DNA of 64,000 bases from Candidatus Dojkabacteria bacterium (lineage in GTDB: Bacteria; Patescibacteriota; Dojkabacteria; SC72; JAFGCJ01), in the NCBI GenBank assembly GCA_016932785.1, contig JAFGCJ010000002.1:465777-529776 (forward strand), written 5' to 3'. The notes below the pieces were generated by a model. It had not been told where the DNA came from. It made no database searches and was given only the letters and a program-made list of their open reading frames with translations. The position numbers were made by a program, and so were the translations under genes. Below, one piece after another: positions 16,628 through 28,473 of this stretch (position 1 is the stretch's first letter; every line of letters begins with the position of its first letter).

Positions 16628-17479
16628 TTATATATAAAGAAGTAATATTACTGCCATTACACCAAAAAGAGCATATTGAAGCATTATATCCCAATTAAAA
16701 GTTCCCTCAAGTTTATGATACCAATATACATCTACCAAATAAAATACCACTGCTATTACTAATGCTATTACGGCTATGTTAAATACTGGGATCATGAAAG
16801 CCAGAAATGAGGCTGCGGCAACAACGAGACCGGAAAATACAGTACTAAATATGGTAACTCGCGAGATTTGACGAGTTATCACCAACATAAGCCAAATGAG
16901 AAATACCGTCATTATACCCGAACCTATATAGATAATAAATTTGGACCAACCATTGTAAAAAACCAAATTTACAAGTACATCAACCGAAAAGTAAAAGATA
17001 ATTATATTAATAAAATCAAAAACGTATCTAGTTCGCCTGGTAACACTGTACTTTCGCCTGTATGCACAGGAAATATTGTAGAACAACAACATAAAAACCA
17101 CAGTTAATATGACAATCGCCACTTGATCTAAAGCTCTAATTCTATTAAAGAACAGGAAAAGAACACCAGAAAGATACATCAAACTAGGTAAGACAATATG
17201 ATGAATCATATGCTCAGTCTTCCTGCTACTTTTGAAAATATTGAAACTCAAGACAAACTGTATTTTTTGGTCAGTCTTGCGTGAAAAGAACAATTCAAGC
17301 AAAACAATCACATACCCAACAACCGAAAGCACCCAGAAAAGCGGATAATCCCGTTCCTGGAGAGGAATAAGAAGAACCTGGTACAAAACAAACATACATA
17401 CAGCATAAAAAACACTTCTTTTGAGCAGATCATCAATTTTCCCTTTCGAGGCATTACTTTTACTCTTTTTTGGTGCCAT
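16628..17479 (-). CDS. polytopic membrane protein of unknown function
   Basis: 283 aa with about 8 hydrophobic helices; 3-nt gap to the downstream kinase gene. Confidence 0.5.
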   Translation of the reverse strand: MAPKKSKSNASKGKIDDLLKRSVFYAVCMFVLYQVLLIPLQERDYPLFWVLSVVGYVIVLLELFFSRKTDQKIQFVLSFNIFKSSRKTEHMIHHIVLPSLMYLSGVLFLFFNRIRALDQVAIVILTVVFMLLFYNISCAYRRKYSVTRRTRYVFDFINIIIFYFSVDVLVNLVFYNGWSKFIIYIGSGIMTVFLIWLMLVITRQISRVTIFSTVFSGLVVAAASFLAFMIPVFNIAVIALVIAVVFYLVDVYWYHKLEGTFNWDIMLQYALFGVMAVILLLYI

Positions 17480-17494
17480 AAACTCAATCCTTAA

Positions 17495-18871
17495 TTAATA
17501 TATTGTTCCACCTGACCCAACCGCCAGACCAATACCCAAAACAAGTATCCAGATAGCCATTGGAAACAGCGTCCTCCCCCTTGTGGTAAAAATGTTTAAT
17601 TTGAAAAGGTAAACTGCGTCAAATAGAAGGAAAAGAAGAACTCCAATAACTACTACTTTATTAAAAACCTTTATTCCACTATTTAAATTTATACTACCCA
17701 GAACTGCGGATCCCTCACTAATTGAAGACACTCCCAATACGTAATCAGATATATCCATAACTGAATAGTTGCCAGCAGAGTCTGAGGCCATAATCTTTGC
17801 CTCACTACCCTCCTCAAAAGAAACGGCAGGAACCTCTCCAACAAAATGCCCAGAATCATTCTCAAGATTCTTAGAAACACCATTAATTACAACAAAAACC
17901 TCATCAGGATCACCAGAAATATCAACTTCAACCTTCAATTTGCTAAAAACACCGGTCTTTTGTGATACAGATATCGAATTCTGCTCTATTTTAGGGGCCA
18001 TAGTATCAATAACAAAATCGACAGAATCATTAACCTCAGAAACACTATCTACAGCCTTAACCTCATGATTACCCTCTTCCCAAGAACTTTCTGGGCGATA
18101 ATCCCAAACTCCGCCTTGAGGAATTATTCTTCCCTGTTTATCACCATTATCATAGATTTCGATGTTATTCACTCCATCACCCGAAACACCCTCTATTTCA
18201 AGAAAGTCATCACCAAGAATTTGACCATCAGATGGGTATATTATCTCTAACTTAGGATTCACAGAAGAAACACCCGGCGAAACTGATGATACGGTACTTG
18301 TAGCACTACTACCATCTCCTACAGATCCAAACATCTGAACTACAAGCAATATGTAACTCCCATTCAACTTTCCAGGAACAACTGCAATACCTATCTCATC
18401 GTATTTTGAGTTGAGAATATTCTCTCTGTGTGTCTTACTTGCCATCCAGGCACTATGTACCCCTTCTGACGAATTAAAGCCTTTTGCCAGATTCTCACCT
18501 GCATATACATAATCATATCCGCTTCCAGTAATAAACTGCCATGGCGTTTCACCACTGGGACCATAATGCGACCAATACTGTAATTCAAACATATTTTCAG
18601 CTTTCTCATACGCAGCAGCAACAAGGCGAGGATCGACAGCTAGTTCGTTCAAACCTCTTGCTCTTCTCTCACTGTTTGCATATTCAATTAGAGTAGAAGC
18701 ACTAACCTCTCCTGCATGTGCAACTCCTCCAATAGCACCGACTAAAACATTCAATCCCAATATTATGACCGTATAAAAAGCCAAAGCACCCTTCCTAAGA
18801 AAATATGGGTAGAAAGAGTTATGATATCTAGGTATAAAACAATTCTTAATAAAGCCTATCATAATATTCAT
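17495..18871 (-). CDS. CAP/SCP (YkwD-like) domain protein with Ig-like repeats and a C-terminal membrane anchor
   Basis: 'YAGENLAKGF' and 'SKTHRENILNSKYDEIGIAV', N-terminal TM, two C-terminal TM helices. Confidence 0.7.
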   Translation of the reverse strand: MNIMIGFIKNCFIPRYHNSFYPYFLRKGALAFYTVIILGLNVLVGAIGGVAHAGEVSASTLIEYANSERRARGLNELAVDPRLVAAAYEKAENMFELQYWSHYGPSGETPWQFITGSGYDYVYAGENLAKGFNSSEGVHSAWMASKTHRENILNSKYDEIGIAVVPGKLNGSYILLVVQMFGSVGDGSSATSTVSSVSPGVSSVNPKLEIIYPSDGQILGDDFLEIEGVSGDGVNNIEIYDNGDKQGRIIPQGGVWDYRPESSWEEGNHEVKAVDSVSEVNDSVDFVIDTMAPKIEQNSISVSQKTGVFSKLKVEVDISGDPDEVFVVINGVSKNLENDSGHFVGEVPAVSFEEGSEAKIMASDSAGNYSVMDISDYVLGVSSISEGSAVLGSINLNSGIKVFNKVVVIGVLLFLLFDAVYLFKLNIFTTRGRTLFPMAIWILVLGIGLAVGSGGTIY

Positions 18872-19520
18872 TTTACTTAATTATCCACACAATGCAAGGA
18901 TAATTGAAGTAGAATAAGTCTAAATAGTAAATTACCACACAGACATGTTGTGAAGTCTTATTCTCAAAGAGTAACCCCAAGTTTTGACTGGAACATAAAG
19001 AAATTTCAGCGAATCATTTCATATCATAAACCGGGTATTTATGAAAAAGATATATTTATTTCAATGTACCCCGTGTCATCCTATAGTACAAATTTTAATC
19101 AAAATCCACAATGAATCGACACTTTTACCGTTCACTATTATTATACACGTACTCCAAAAAGATACGACAACTAAAGTAGATTATTGGTATATTTTGAACA
19201 ATGACACTACCAACAAAGCCTATTTTGACAGGTATTGATAGGTGTAACCAATAGGGCCAATATCTTTTGTACAAATTTAATACTCTTTAAGTACTCCATT
19301 GACCGTGCACTTCACAAATACACGTTTAGGAACACAGACTAGACTTTGTAAACCCAGAAAGATACGTTTACACCATCAATATAATAACAAGTCGAGGATA
19401 CGATTAATATCATTATCGTAAAATAAAGAGATACGAAAGCTTTCAGCCGTGCCCCGCCCGTACTTACTATAGGATTACCGAGGAAGTGTTATTACAAGAA
19501 GATTTCAAAAACGACTAAAT

Positions 19521-19562
19521 ACTAAAGGTGGGCTCGGAATCTATACGATACCGAAACCCACC
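19521..19562 (-). terminator. putative hup terminator hairpin
   Basis: GGTGGG (19527-19532) pairs with CCCACC (19557-19562), with internal pairing in the loop. Only a short, interrupted U-tract follows on the minus strand. Confidence 0.4.
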
Positions 19563-19587
19563 CCTTATCCGTAAAAGTTACAGGCCG

Positions 19588-19860
19588 TTACTTAACAGCC
19601 ATCTTCAAAGCCTTTCCAGCCTTGAAAGCAGGAACTTTTGTTGCAGGAAGCTGGATCTTTTCCAAAGTCTTAGGATTGATTCCTGTTCTTGCAGCTCTCT
19701 GGCGAACCTCGAACTTTCCAAAACCAGTGATCAAAACAGAATCTCCACTCTTCAACGCACCGGTAACAGCGTCTAACATAGCCTCAACAGCATCAGATGC
19801 AGCTCTCTTTGTAAGACCAGTCTGCTCTGCAACAGCCTCAATTAGATCTTTCTTTAACAT
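19588..19860 (-). CDS. hup: HU family DNA-binding protein
   Basis: 90 aa, 'GFGKFEVRQRAARTGINPKT'; strong SD AGGAGG upstream. Confidence 0.9.
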   Translation of the reverse strand: MLKKDLIEAVAEQTGLTKRAASDAVEAMLDAVTGALKSGDSVLITGFGKFEVRQRAARTGINPKTLEKIQLPATKVPAFKAGKALKMAVK

Positions 19861-19963
19861 GATTGTATCCTCCTTTCCAAGTGATGCAAGAAGCTTATGC
19901 TTCCAGGATTAGATTAACTTATCCTTAGATAAACTTTATCTAAAATATCAATTAATGTCAATA

Positions 19964-20755
19964 CTAAAGCACTTTATTAATCCTCTTGATGGAAGTACAC
20001 GAGTCACGACTGTCAATCTCAAGCAGCACCGCATCGAATCTACGCTCTCCGTCCTCCTCTATATCATACGATGGGGCAAAAGGATATCTAAGCTGCTGCT
20101 GAACAATCTCCGCCTTAACCCAAAGAGATGAGTTCATTGGGCCAACCATTCCAATATCACTTATGAAAGCCGACCCATTTGGAAGTATCCTCTCATCAGC
20201 AGTAGGAACATGAGTGTGTGTACCAACAACGGCACTCAACTTACCATCGAAGTACAGAGCCGTAGCAACTTTCTCCGAGGTCGTCTCTGCATGAATCTCA
20301 AGAACAATACCCTCTAAGTTATCGTCTCGACTATTCTCGAGAATCTTCTCAATTGGTCTCAACATATCAGTCGTCACACTGTCATTCATGAGTTGCCTGC
20401 CCTGAACCATCATGAACATTACTCTACCCTTTCTCCCAAGATCAACAATGTCAAATCCTTTTCCTGGAATGTCCTCAGGATAATTAGCAGCACGTATTAT
20501 TGGAAACTCACCAGAAAGTAACTCCTCATAGTCTGGCCTTCTCCATATATGATTACCAGCCGTCATAAAATCTATTCCATAGGACATGACTTCCCTTACT
20601 GTCTTTACTGTAGCACCACGGCCATGAGCTAGGTTCTCAACATCCGCCACAACAATATCTGGTTTCTCTTTCTTTCTAAGTTCTGGTAATACTGAAGCAA
20701 CTGCCTCACGACCGGGTCTGCCACATATGTCACCTATATACAATATTTTTATCAT
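19964..20755 (-). CDS. ymdB: YmdB-like metallophosphoesterase
   Basis: 'ILYIGDICGRPGR' and 'DVENLAHGRG'; located downstream of rny, as in Bacillus. Confidence 0.8.
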   Translation of the reverse strand: MIKILYIGDICGRPGREAVASVLPELRKKEKPDIVVADVENLAHGRGATVKTVREVMSYGIDFMTAGNHIWRRPDYEELLSGEFPIIRAANYPEDIPGKGFDIVDLGRKGRVMFMMVQGRQLMNDSVTTDMLRPIEKILENSRDDNLEGIVLEIHAETTSEKVATALYFDGKLSAVVGTHTHVPTADERILPNGSAFISDIGMVGPMNSSLWVKAEIVQQQLRYPFAPSYDIEEDGERRFDAVLLEIDSRDSCTSIKRINKVL

Positions 20756-20768
20756 TAGCTGTTTTTTA

Positions 20769-22304
20769 CTACTTAGCTACACTCACAGCTCGACTCTCCC
20801 TAACTACCGTTACCTGAACAGTGCCTGGATACGTCTGACTCTTCTCTATTTCGTCAGTTATTTTCTTTGCCAGTACTACAGCTTCATCATCGTCAATCAT
20901 TTCCGGCTTTACAATGACTCTAACTTCTCTTCCAGCATGAATTGCATATATCTCAGATGCCTTTCCACCAGCCACCTTCGCAGCTGCGTCCTCAATACCT
21001 TTAACTCTTTTGATATAACTCTCATAGCTGTCTTTCCGGGCACCAGGTCTTGCACCAGAGATAGCATCAGCGAGATAGACTATTACAGCCTCAATAGACT
21101 GAGGTTCAATATCAAGGTGATGCGCCTCAATAGCATTTATCAGCTTCTCAGGAAGGGCATACTTACGTGCAACTTCACCACTCAGATGATGATGAGAACC
21201 TTCAACCTTATGAGTCAAGACCTTCCCAACGTCATGAAGCAAACACGCTTTCTTTACAAGATCTACGTCGGCACCAAGTTCCTGAGCAAGAGCCGCACCT
21301 ATTCTAATGACCTCAATAGTATGCGCCATCAGATTCTGCCCATAACTCGTTCTATACTTCATTTTTCCAACAAGCTTCAGCAATCCTGGATCAATTCCTG
21401 GCCAATCAGCCTCTTCTGCTAGCTCTTGACCACTTTCCTTAATCTCTTTTGCAACTTCACTCTTAGCTTTACTGACATGGTCCTCTATCATCCCAGGATG
21501 GATTCTCCCGTCAGCAATCAACTTTTTCATAGCAATAGAGGCGACCTCACGTCTTAACGGATCAAATGACGATAGTGCTATTGCATCGGGAGACTCGTCA
21601 ACGATTACATCTACTCCGGTTGCCTTTTCAAATGCCCTTATGTTTCTTCCTTCACGACCAATTATTCTCCCTTTCATCTTCTCATCGTCGAGTTTTACAG
21701 TTGCAACTGTGGTCTCACCAACATAATCAGTAGAGACCTTTTGCATAGTCTCGACTAGAATCTCTTTTGCCTTTTCGTCGGACTCCTCCACAACCTTTTT
21801 CTCGATCTCTCTGATCTTCTTCGCGTGGTACTCTTTCAAATCCTCCTCTATTTCCCTCATCAACTTTTCCTTAGCTTCCTCCTTAGAAAGGCCCGATATT
21901 TTCTCAAGTCTACCTTCAAGTTTTTTCCTGATTTTCTCGAGATTCTGCTTAGACTGTTGAAGATCCTCCTTTAGAGAGTTGGCCTCATCTACCCTCTTCT
22001 GAATAAGTCTTTCTCTTTTAAGAAGATTGGTCTCACGCTCTACTAACTGTGCGTCAAGCTTATTTGCTTCCTCGGTGACTTTGTTTGCTTTAGTCTTTGC
22101 TTTCGATAGAATTTCGTCTGCCTCATTTTCAGCATCTTCTATTCTCTTGCTGGCTTTGTCACTTGCCAACTTAATTGCTTCCTCCTCAGAAATATCCGGT
22201 TTGTCACTCTTGAGCTTCGTATTCTGAGTATATAGGTATACAGAAGCAGCAATACTAACAGCAGAAACAAGCCCCAGAATTATTAATCCTGCCATTTCTG
22301 CCAA
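20769..22304 (-). CDS. rny: ribonuclease Y
   Basis: N-terminal TM, coiled coil, KH 'GRIIGREGRNIRAFE', HD 'LLHDVGK'. Confidence 0.9.
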   Translation of the reverse strand: MAEMAGLIILGLVSAVSIAASVYLYTQNTKLKSDKPDISEEEAIKLASDKASKRIEDAENEADEILSKAKTKANKVTEEANKLDAQLVERETNLLKRERLIQKRVDEANSLKEDLQQSKQNLEKIRKKLEGRLEKISGLSKEEAKEKLMREIEEDLKEYHAKKIREIEKKVVEESDEKAKEILVETMQKVSTDYVGETTVATVKLDDEKMKGRIIGREGRNIRAFEKATGVDVIVDESPDAIALSSFDPLRREVASIAMKKLIADGRIHPGMIEDHVSKAKSEVAKEIKESGQELAEEADWPGIDPGLLKLVGKMKYRTSYGQNLMAHTIEVIRIGAALAQELGADVDLVKKACLLHDVGKVLTHKVEGSHHHLSGEVARKYALPEKLINAIEAHHLDIEPQSIEAVIVYLADAISGARPGARKDSYESYIKRVKGIEDAAAKVAGGKASEIYAIHAGREVRVIVKPEMIDDDEAVVLAKKITDEIEKSQTYPGTVQVTVVRESRAVSVAK

Positions 22305-22570
22305 TAAAAAAATTAGAGGCTGAATAACATCACGAAAAACTATACCCCAAGCAATACCCTAATAACTCCCTTGAGTAGAAAATGCGAAGTTCCAAGTATT
22401 ATGATAGCCTTGTCATAAGAAACCCTTGCTCTATCGGAAATTACATTCTTTTGTGAAGTATTTTTTCGGATCATCAATTTTTACAGTTACATTATTCAGC
22501 TAGTTATGAATGATACCATTACATCAATTTTTTGGTCAATGACTAAAAATAAATCCCGTTAAAATAACGT

Positions 22571-24611
<2,041 letters not shown>

Positions 24612-24614
24612 AGG

Positions 24615-26972
24615 CTATAAACATTCTCCAAAATTACATCCTATCGCCCTTAATAAAGCCTCAGCATCAACAAATTTCCCTGATTGATCCTCAACATGCG
24701 TGTGAAGGTGAGGATTAGTCCAACACTCATTCCATGTAGCCGTTGCAGGACCATCAATTGTCCCAAGCAGATCTCCAGCATTAACATATTGCCCCACACT
24801 CACAGCGGGGTGAACATGGATGAAATTCCAGGTAAACCCTGGCGACCCATCTGCATTGATTTCCCTAAGCACTATCCAGCCGCCATAGCTCGTACCACTT
24901 CCATCCCCACAAATATTTACAGAATTGGCAAGAAGTATTACCCCATCGTGCGGTGCAACTACTGGGGTACCGGCGACAACGCCAAAGTCCACTGCCAAAG
25001 TCTGCTGATGATATATACTGTCATCGCCATCATGGCCCTGAGTACAACGCAGCATGCTCCCCGGTAATGGACATGATCCACTATAGTCATCCGGAATTAC
25101 CACGTCAGACCAAAGATCAGGATCAACTTCACCTATTTGCTCATAGTCCGAAACCGAACCGGAGATAGGATAATTATATGTACGATGGATGAAATCTGTA
25201 CCTCCATGAGACCCACCAAAAAATTCTGCTACACCGGCGACACCGAGAAGGAGTAGCGCTAGAAGGCCAAGTACAACAATGGCAACAATCTTGAAGAGCA
25301 GTTTTAAAAGCTTCTCGCCGAGAAAATTTACAACCATAAGTGCCAGATCAACCAGGATTGCAGCAATATTCCCTATTCCCGGAACTGTAGACCCTATTAT
25401 TTGACTTATGGCTTGTGTAACAAATCCCACTAGAGCCTCTCTGACAGACGTTTTTACAATAACCTCCAATGACCCTTTAAAAATTGCCTCATATCCTTTC
25501 TGTATTCCTTTTACAATGAGAGCCTTTGCCCTATCAGTAATTCTGGTCCTGAACTTCTCAATAAATCCCTGCATCACAACCCCGGGCATTCTCTGATAAA
25601 TTTGCCAAGCTAAAAGATCTTTCCTTATTTTCCCTGTGATTTTATCTATGGACCACCTTTTCCAGTGTCTTCCATCCCAAAGAAAACCCTTCACCACATT
25701 TGCCGGATGCCAGTAATACAATCCGTGAAGAAGTTTGCCCTGTCCAGTATCCCTACCAAACCACACAGATGATGCCTTTGTAGGATCTGCACTCCCATCC
25801 GTAAAACCTAATTGTTTGCTATAAGAAATACCATAAAGATCGCTCACAGGACCACCGAATAGATCACCTGTCAGCGCATGCATTATGATCTCGCCACCCG
25901 CGAAATTGTCTTTAAAATATCTGCCTAAAAATCCCAACCTTCCAACGATCTGCCCCAAATTAGCTGGAACCCCCTTCCTTCCAAATCCCCAACTATTGTT
26001 AAGACTTGCTATTGCTCTACTTACATTTCTAATTCTCTGATATGTCCTGTTGTCACCCGCAAGTCTTGCCTCAGCAGCTGCCCGTCGAAGCTTATCCAAT
26101 AAAACTCGTTTTGCCGATTGCTGCACTGTCTTACCCATAAACCCAAGATCATCACTATCAAGTCTGCTTCCCCAAAACTTCTGGGCCATAACACTTGCTG
26201 TCCTAGAGCTATACCCATGAGACACCAACTCGTCCGTAAAAACCTGAAGTTTTTTATCCTTCTTCCATCCTATATCTGCCTCTGAAGCATTCGCTGCAGC
26301 TCTTAAATGAGCCTCGTCAATATCAAACCGACCTCTACTATAGTCTACCGCTGCATTATATGCGGCTCTTTTAACCTTCGGATCCTTTATTACACTATCA
26401 GAAATAATATTCGCGCCCCCAGAAACAATCGAAGAAACCTGACCTGCCGTAGCGCTATCAAGACCAGACCACTTTGCATATAAACCAAGCTGGGCGGCAC
26501 TCATGGACCTCGTAATTGCTCCAAAACGAGCCCAATTCTGTTCAGTTCTGTATTTCTTAAAGGCAGCATCAATATATTTGTTTGGATTTGCAATGAAACT
26601 TGATAAATCACCAAGCCTTACTCTTACAGTCCTAGTCTTCGTCGCACCGACTTCACCATAAGCCCCTTCCTCACCTTTTTCACCACTTACCAGTCCATAC
26701 ATATCTTCTTGTCCCAACGACCCAAGCTCATATCTCCAGTCAATAATTCCGCCAAGATTCTGGAACTGCTGGTTAATATTTCCCATTATCATATTCACGG
26801 GATAGAGGGTTAGATTCCCTGCCATCTCAGCAAACGCTCCTGCAGCACCAGAAAGATTGGGTATATTTACCCCAGGACCGGTAGGCTTCTTTCCACCCTT
26901 CTTCTGTGGCTTAGAAGCAAAGAAAAAATCAAAAACTGTATCGTATGGATTTTGTTGTCTTTTAGGTGGCAT
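24615..26972 (-). CDS. large membrane protein with a C-terminal M23 (LytM-type) peptidase domain
   Basis: 785 aa with no signal peptide, a roughly 520-aa N-domain and central TM helices ('IAAILVDLALMVV', 'IVAIVVLGLLALLLLGVAGV'). M23 motifs: 'LAVDFGVVAGTPVVAPHDG', 'HVHPAVSVGQYVNAGDLLG', 'NPHLHTHVE'. Confidence 0.7.
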   Translation of the reverse strand: MPPKRQQNPYDTVFDFFFASKPQKKGGKKPTGPGVNIPNLSGAAGAFAEMAGNLTLYPVNMIMGNINQQFQNLGGIIDWRYELGSLGQEDMYGLVSGEKGEEGAYGEVGATKTRTVRVRLGDLSSFIANPNKYIDAAFKKYRTEQNWARFGAITRSMSAAQLGLYAKWSGLDSATAGQVSSIVSGGANIISDSVIKDPKVKRAAYNAAVDYSRGRFDIDEAHLRAAANASEADIGWKKDKKLQVFTDELVSHGYSSRTASVMAQKFWGSRLDSDDLGFMGKTVQQSAKRVLLDKLRRAAAEARLAGDNRTYQRIRNVSRAIASLNNSWGFGRKGVPANLGQIVGRLGFLGRYFKDNFAGGEIIMHALTGDLFGGPVSDLYGISYSKQLGFTDGSADPTKASSVWFGRDTGQGKLLHGLYYWHPANVVKGFLWDGRHWKRWSIDKITGKIRKDLLAWQIYQRMPGVVMQGFIEKFRTRITDRAKALIVKGIQKGYEAIFKGSLEVIVKTSVREALVGFVTQAISQIIGSTVPGIGNIAAILVDLALMVVNFLGEKLLKLLFKIVAIVVLGLLALLLLGVAGVAEFFGGSHGGTDFIHRTYNYPISGSVSDYEQIGEVDPDLWSDVVIPDDYSGSCPLPGSMLRCTQGHDGDDSIYHQQTLAVDFGVVAGTPVVAPHDGVILLANSVNICGDGSGTSYGGWIVLREINADGSPGFTWNFIHVHPAVSVGQYVNAGDLLGTIDGPATATWNECWTNPHLHTHVEDQSGKFVDAEALLRAIGCNFGECL

Positions 26973-27003
26973 AGTTTCTCCTACAAAATATCAACATTAG
27001 GTT

Positions 27004-28455
27004 CTAGCCACTGAATAGTCCTCCAATTAAAGGTATCTTTCCAGCAGTCTTCTTGACACCCTCTACGGCAGCGGCAATACCCTTAGACTCAACGACTGAC
27101 AGAGCTTCATTTATTATTCCAGGAGCACCAGCCGCCATGAGATAACCGACAATTACCAGTATTGGCTTTAATAGCAAGATTCCTTCAGGTGAATCATCTC
27201 CTCCTCCAAGAAAAGATATAGGTGTAACATTGCCAAAGTCTGCTGAATGACCTACATATCTTGCCAGATTAACAAGAAATAGAACTACAGGGAAAACCAA
27301 TGTACTTGAGACCACCCTCTTAAGCCATTCAATAATAGAAGAAGATTTTCCAGGTAGAGAGCCAAAAAGGATAAATACAGGACCAAAGATCAAGTCTATT
27401 AACAGCTTGAAATATGCCATAACAAGAGTAACATAGACTTTGATCGCAGCGTAAAGAGCAATTAGAGCTATAATCAAAAGCATTAGTAGAGGAAGAATTC
27501 CGCCAATAGCGGTACCTATCAATGCTCCAGGAACGTTACCTATAATAGCACCTACGATTGCCCCACCAACAAGTCCGACTCCTAGACCTATTCCCACAGC
27601 ACCAACACCAGGAACTGCTGTAAATGCATCCAAAAACATACCCAGGAAGGAAGGGGGTAAAGCAGAAGGCTGAAAACCTCCCAAATAGCTAACATTTCCC
27701 ATATAGTTAATAATCATCAGTGATAACAGCCTACCAAAGTCCATGATGACGCCTACGAGCGCAAAACTAAAGGTCACAAGAATAAGTCCAATTACAACTC
27801 CAGGGATTGTGTTCATTATTCCCACAGTAACCTGACCACCAATCTTGGAGCGGAACATTATCATAAAACCAGCAACGATAAGAATAACTACAAAACCCGC
27901 ATACGCTATATTTCTAAACATTTCCCACAGACCTTCAACTCCAGCTTCGTCTCTAAGATAGGTATATCCCTGCATCTGAGCATATACTGAACCATTTGTA
28001 TCCTGTCCAGGAACCCATTGTCTTGCAAGATGACCAGGAAGATCCATTCCAGGAGGGTCATAAAGAAGAGCACTTACATTATCATCAACAATGGCGATCC
28101 CACCCCTTCTTGTAAAAGTAGACACGCCCTCTCCATCCGCACCAGCGAAAGAATCAGATCCAAATAGAAGCATAGATGCTGTGATCATAGATGCTAAAGA
28201 GTTACCTGAGTTCAAGTTCTGGAGACTAGGCCCCGAATCAGTTATGTCCTCAACAGCACTGGTCATATCACCATAAGTACCCACCGCGTCAATCTGTATA
28301 GTGTCATCAGCCAAAACTGATGAAAGCACGCCAATAAAGAGGAACTGCGATACAACTATTGTAAAAAAAATCGCAATCTTATCCCTACTTTTATCCAGCC
28401 ACGTCACAAAGGCGGAAAGTCTGTCAATCGACCTCGAAAATTTCGATAATTTCAT
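27004..28455 (-). CDS. polytopic glycine-rich membrane protein of unknown function
   Basis: 483 aa with an N-terminal signal/anchor, a roughly 130-aa outside loop, then multiple TM helices with Gly-zipper runs ('GVGAVGIGLGVGLVGGAIVGAIIG'). Confidence 0.55.
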   Translation of the reverse strand: MKLSKFSRSIDRLSAFVTWLDKSRDKIAIFFTIVVSQFLFIGVLSSVLADDTIQIDAVGTYGDMTSAVEDITDSGPSLQNLNSGNSLASMITASMLLFGSDSFAGADGEGVSTFTRRGGIAIVDDNVSALLYDPPGMDLPGHLARQWVPGQDTNGSVYAQMQGYTYLRDEAGVEGLWEMFRNIAYAGFVVILIVAGFMIMFRSKIGGQVTVGIMNTIPGVVIGLILVTFSFALVGVIMDFGRLLSLMIINYMGNVSYLGGFQPSALPPSFLGMFLDAFTAVPGVGAVGIGLGVGLVGGAIVGAIIGNVPGALIGTAIGGILPLLMLLIIALIALYAAIKVYVTLVMAYFKLLIDLIFGPVFILFGSLPGKSSSIIEWLKRVVSSTLVFPVVLFLVNLARYVGHSADFGNVTPISFLGGGDDSPEGILLLKPILVIVGYLMAAGAPGIINEALSVVESKGIAAAVEGVKKTAGKIPLIGGLFSG

Positions 28456-28473
28456 TTCTTATCTATTTTAAAA

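Noticed and set aside
18881-18889. Perfect DnaA box TTATCCACA, raising the possibility of oriC in the 716-bp spacer.
   Set aside because: It is a single perfect box; the others nearby have 2 or more mismatches. There is no dnaA/dnaN nearby and no AT-rich DUE repeats. One 9-mer match is close to the chance expectation for 128 kb of two-strand sequence.
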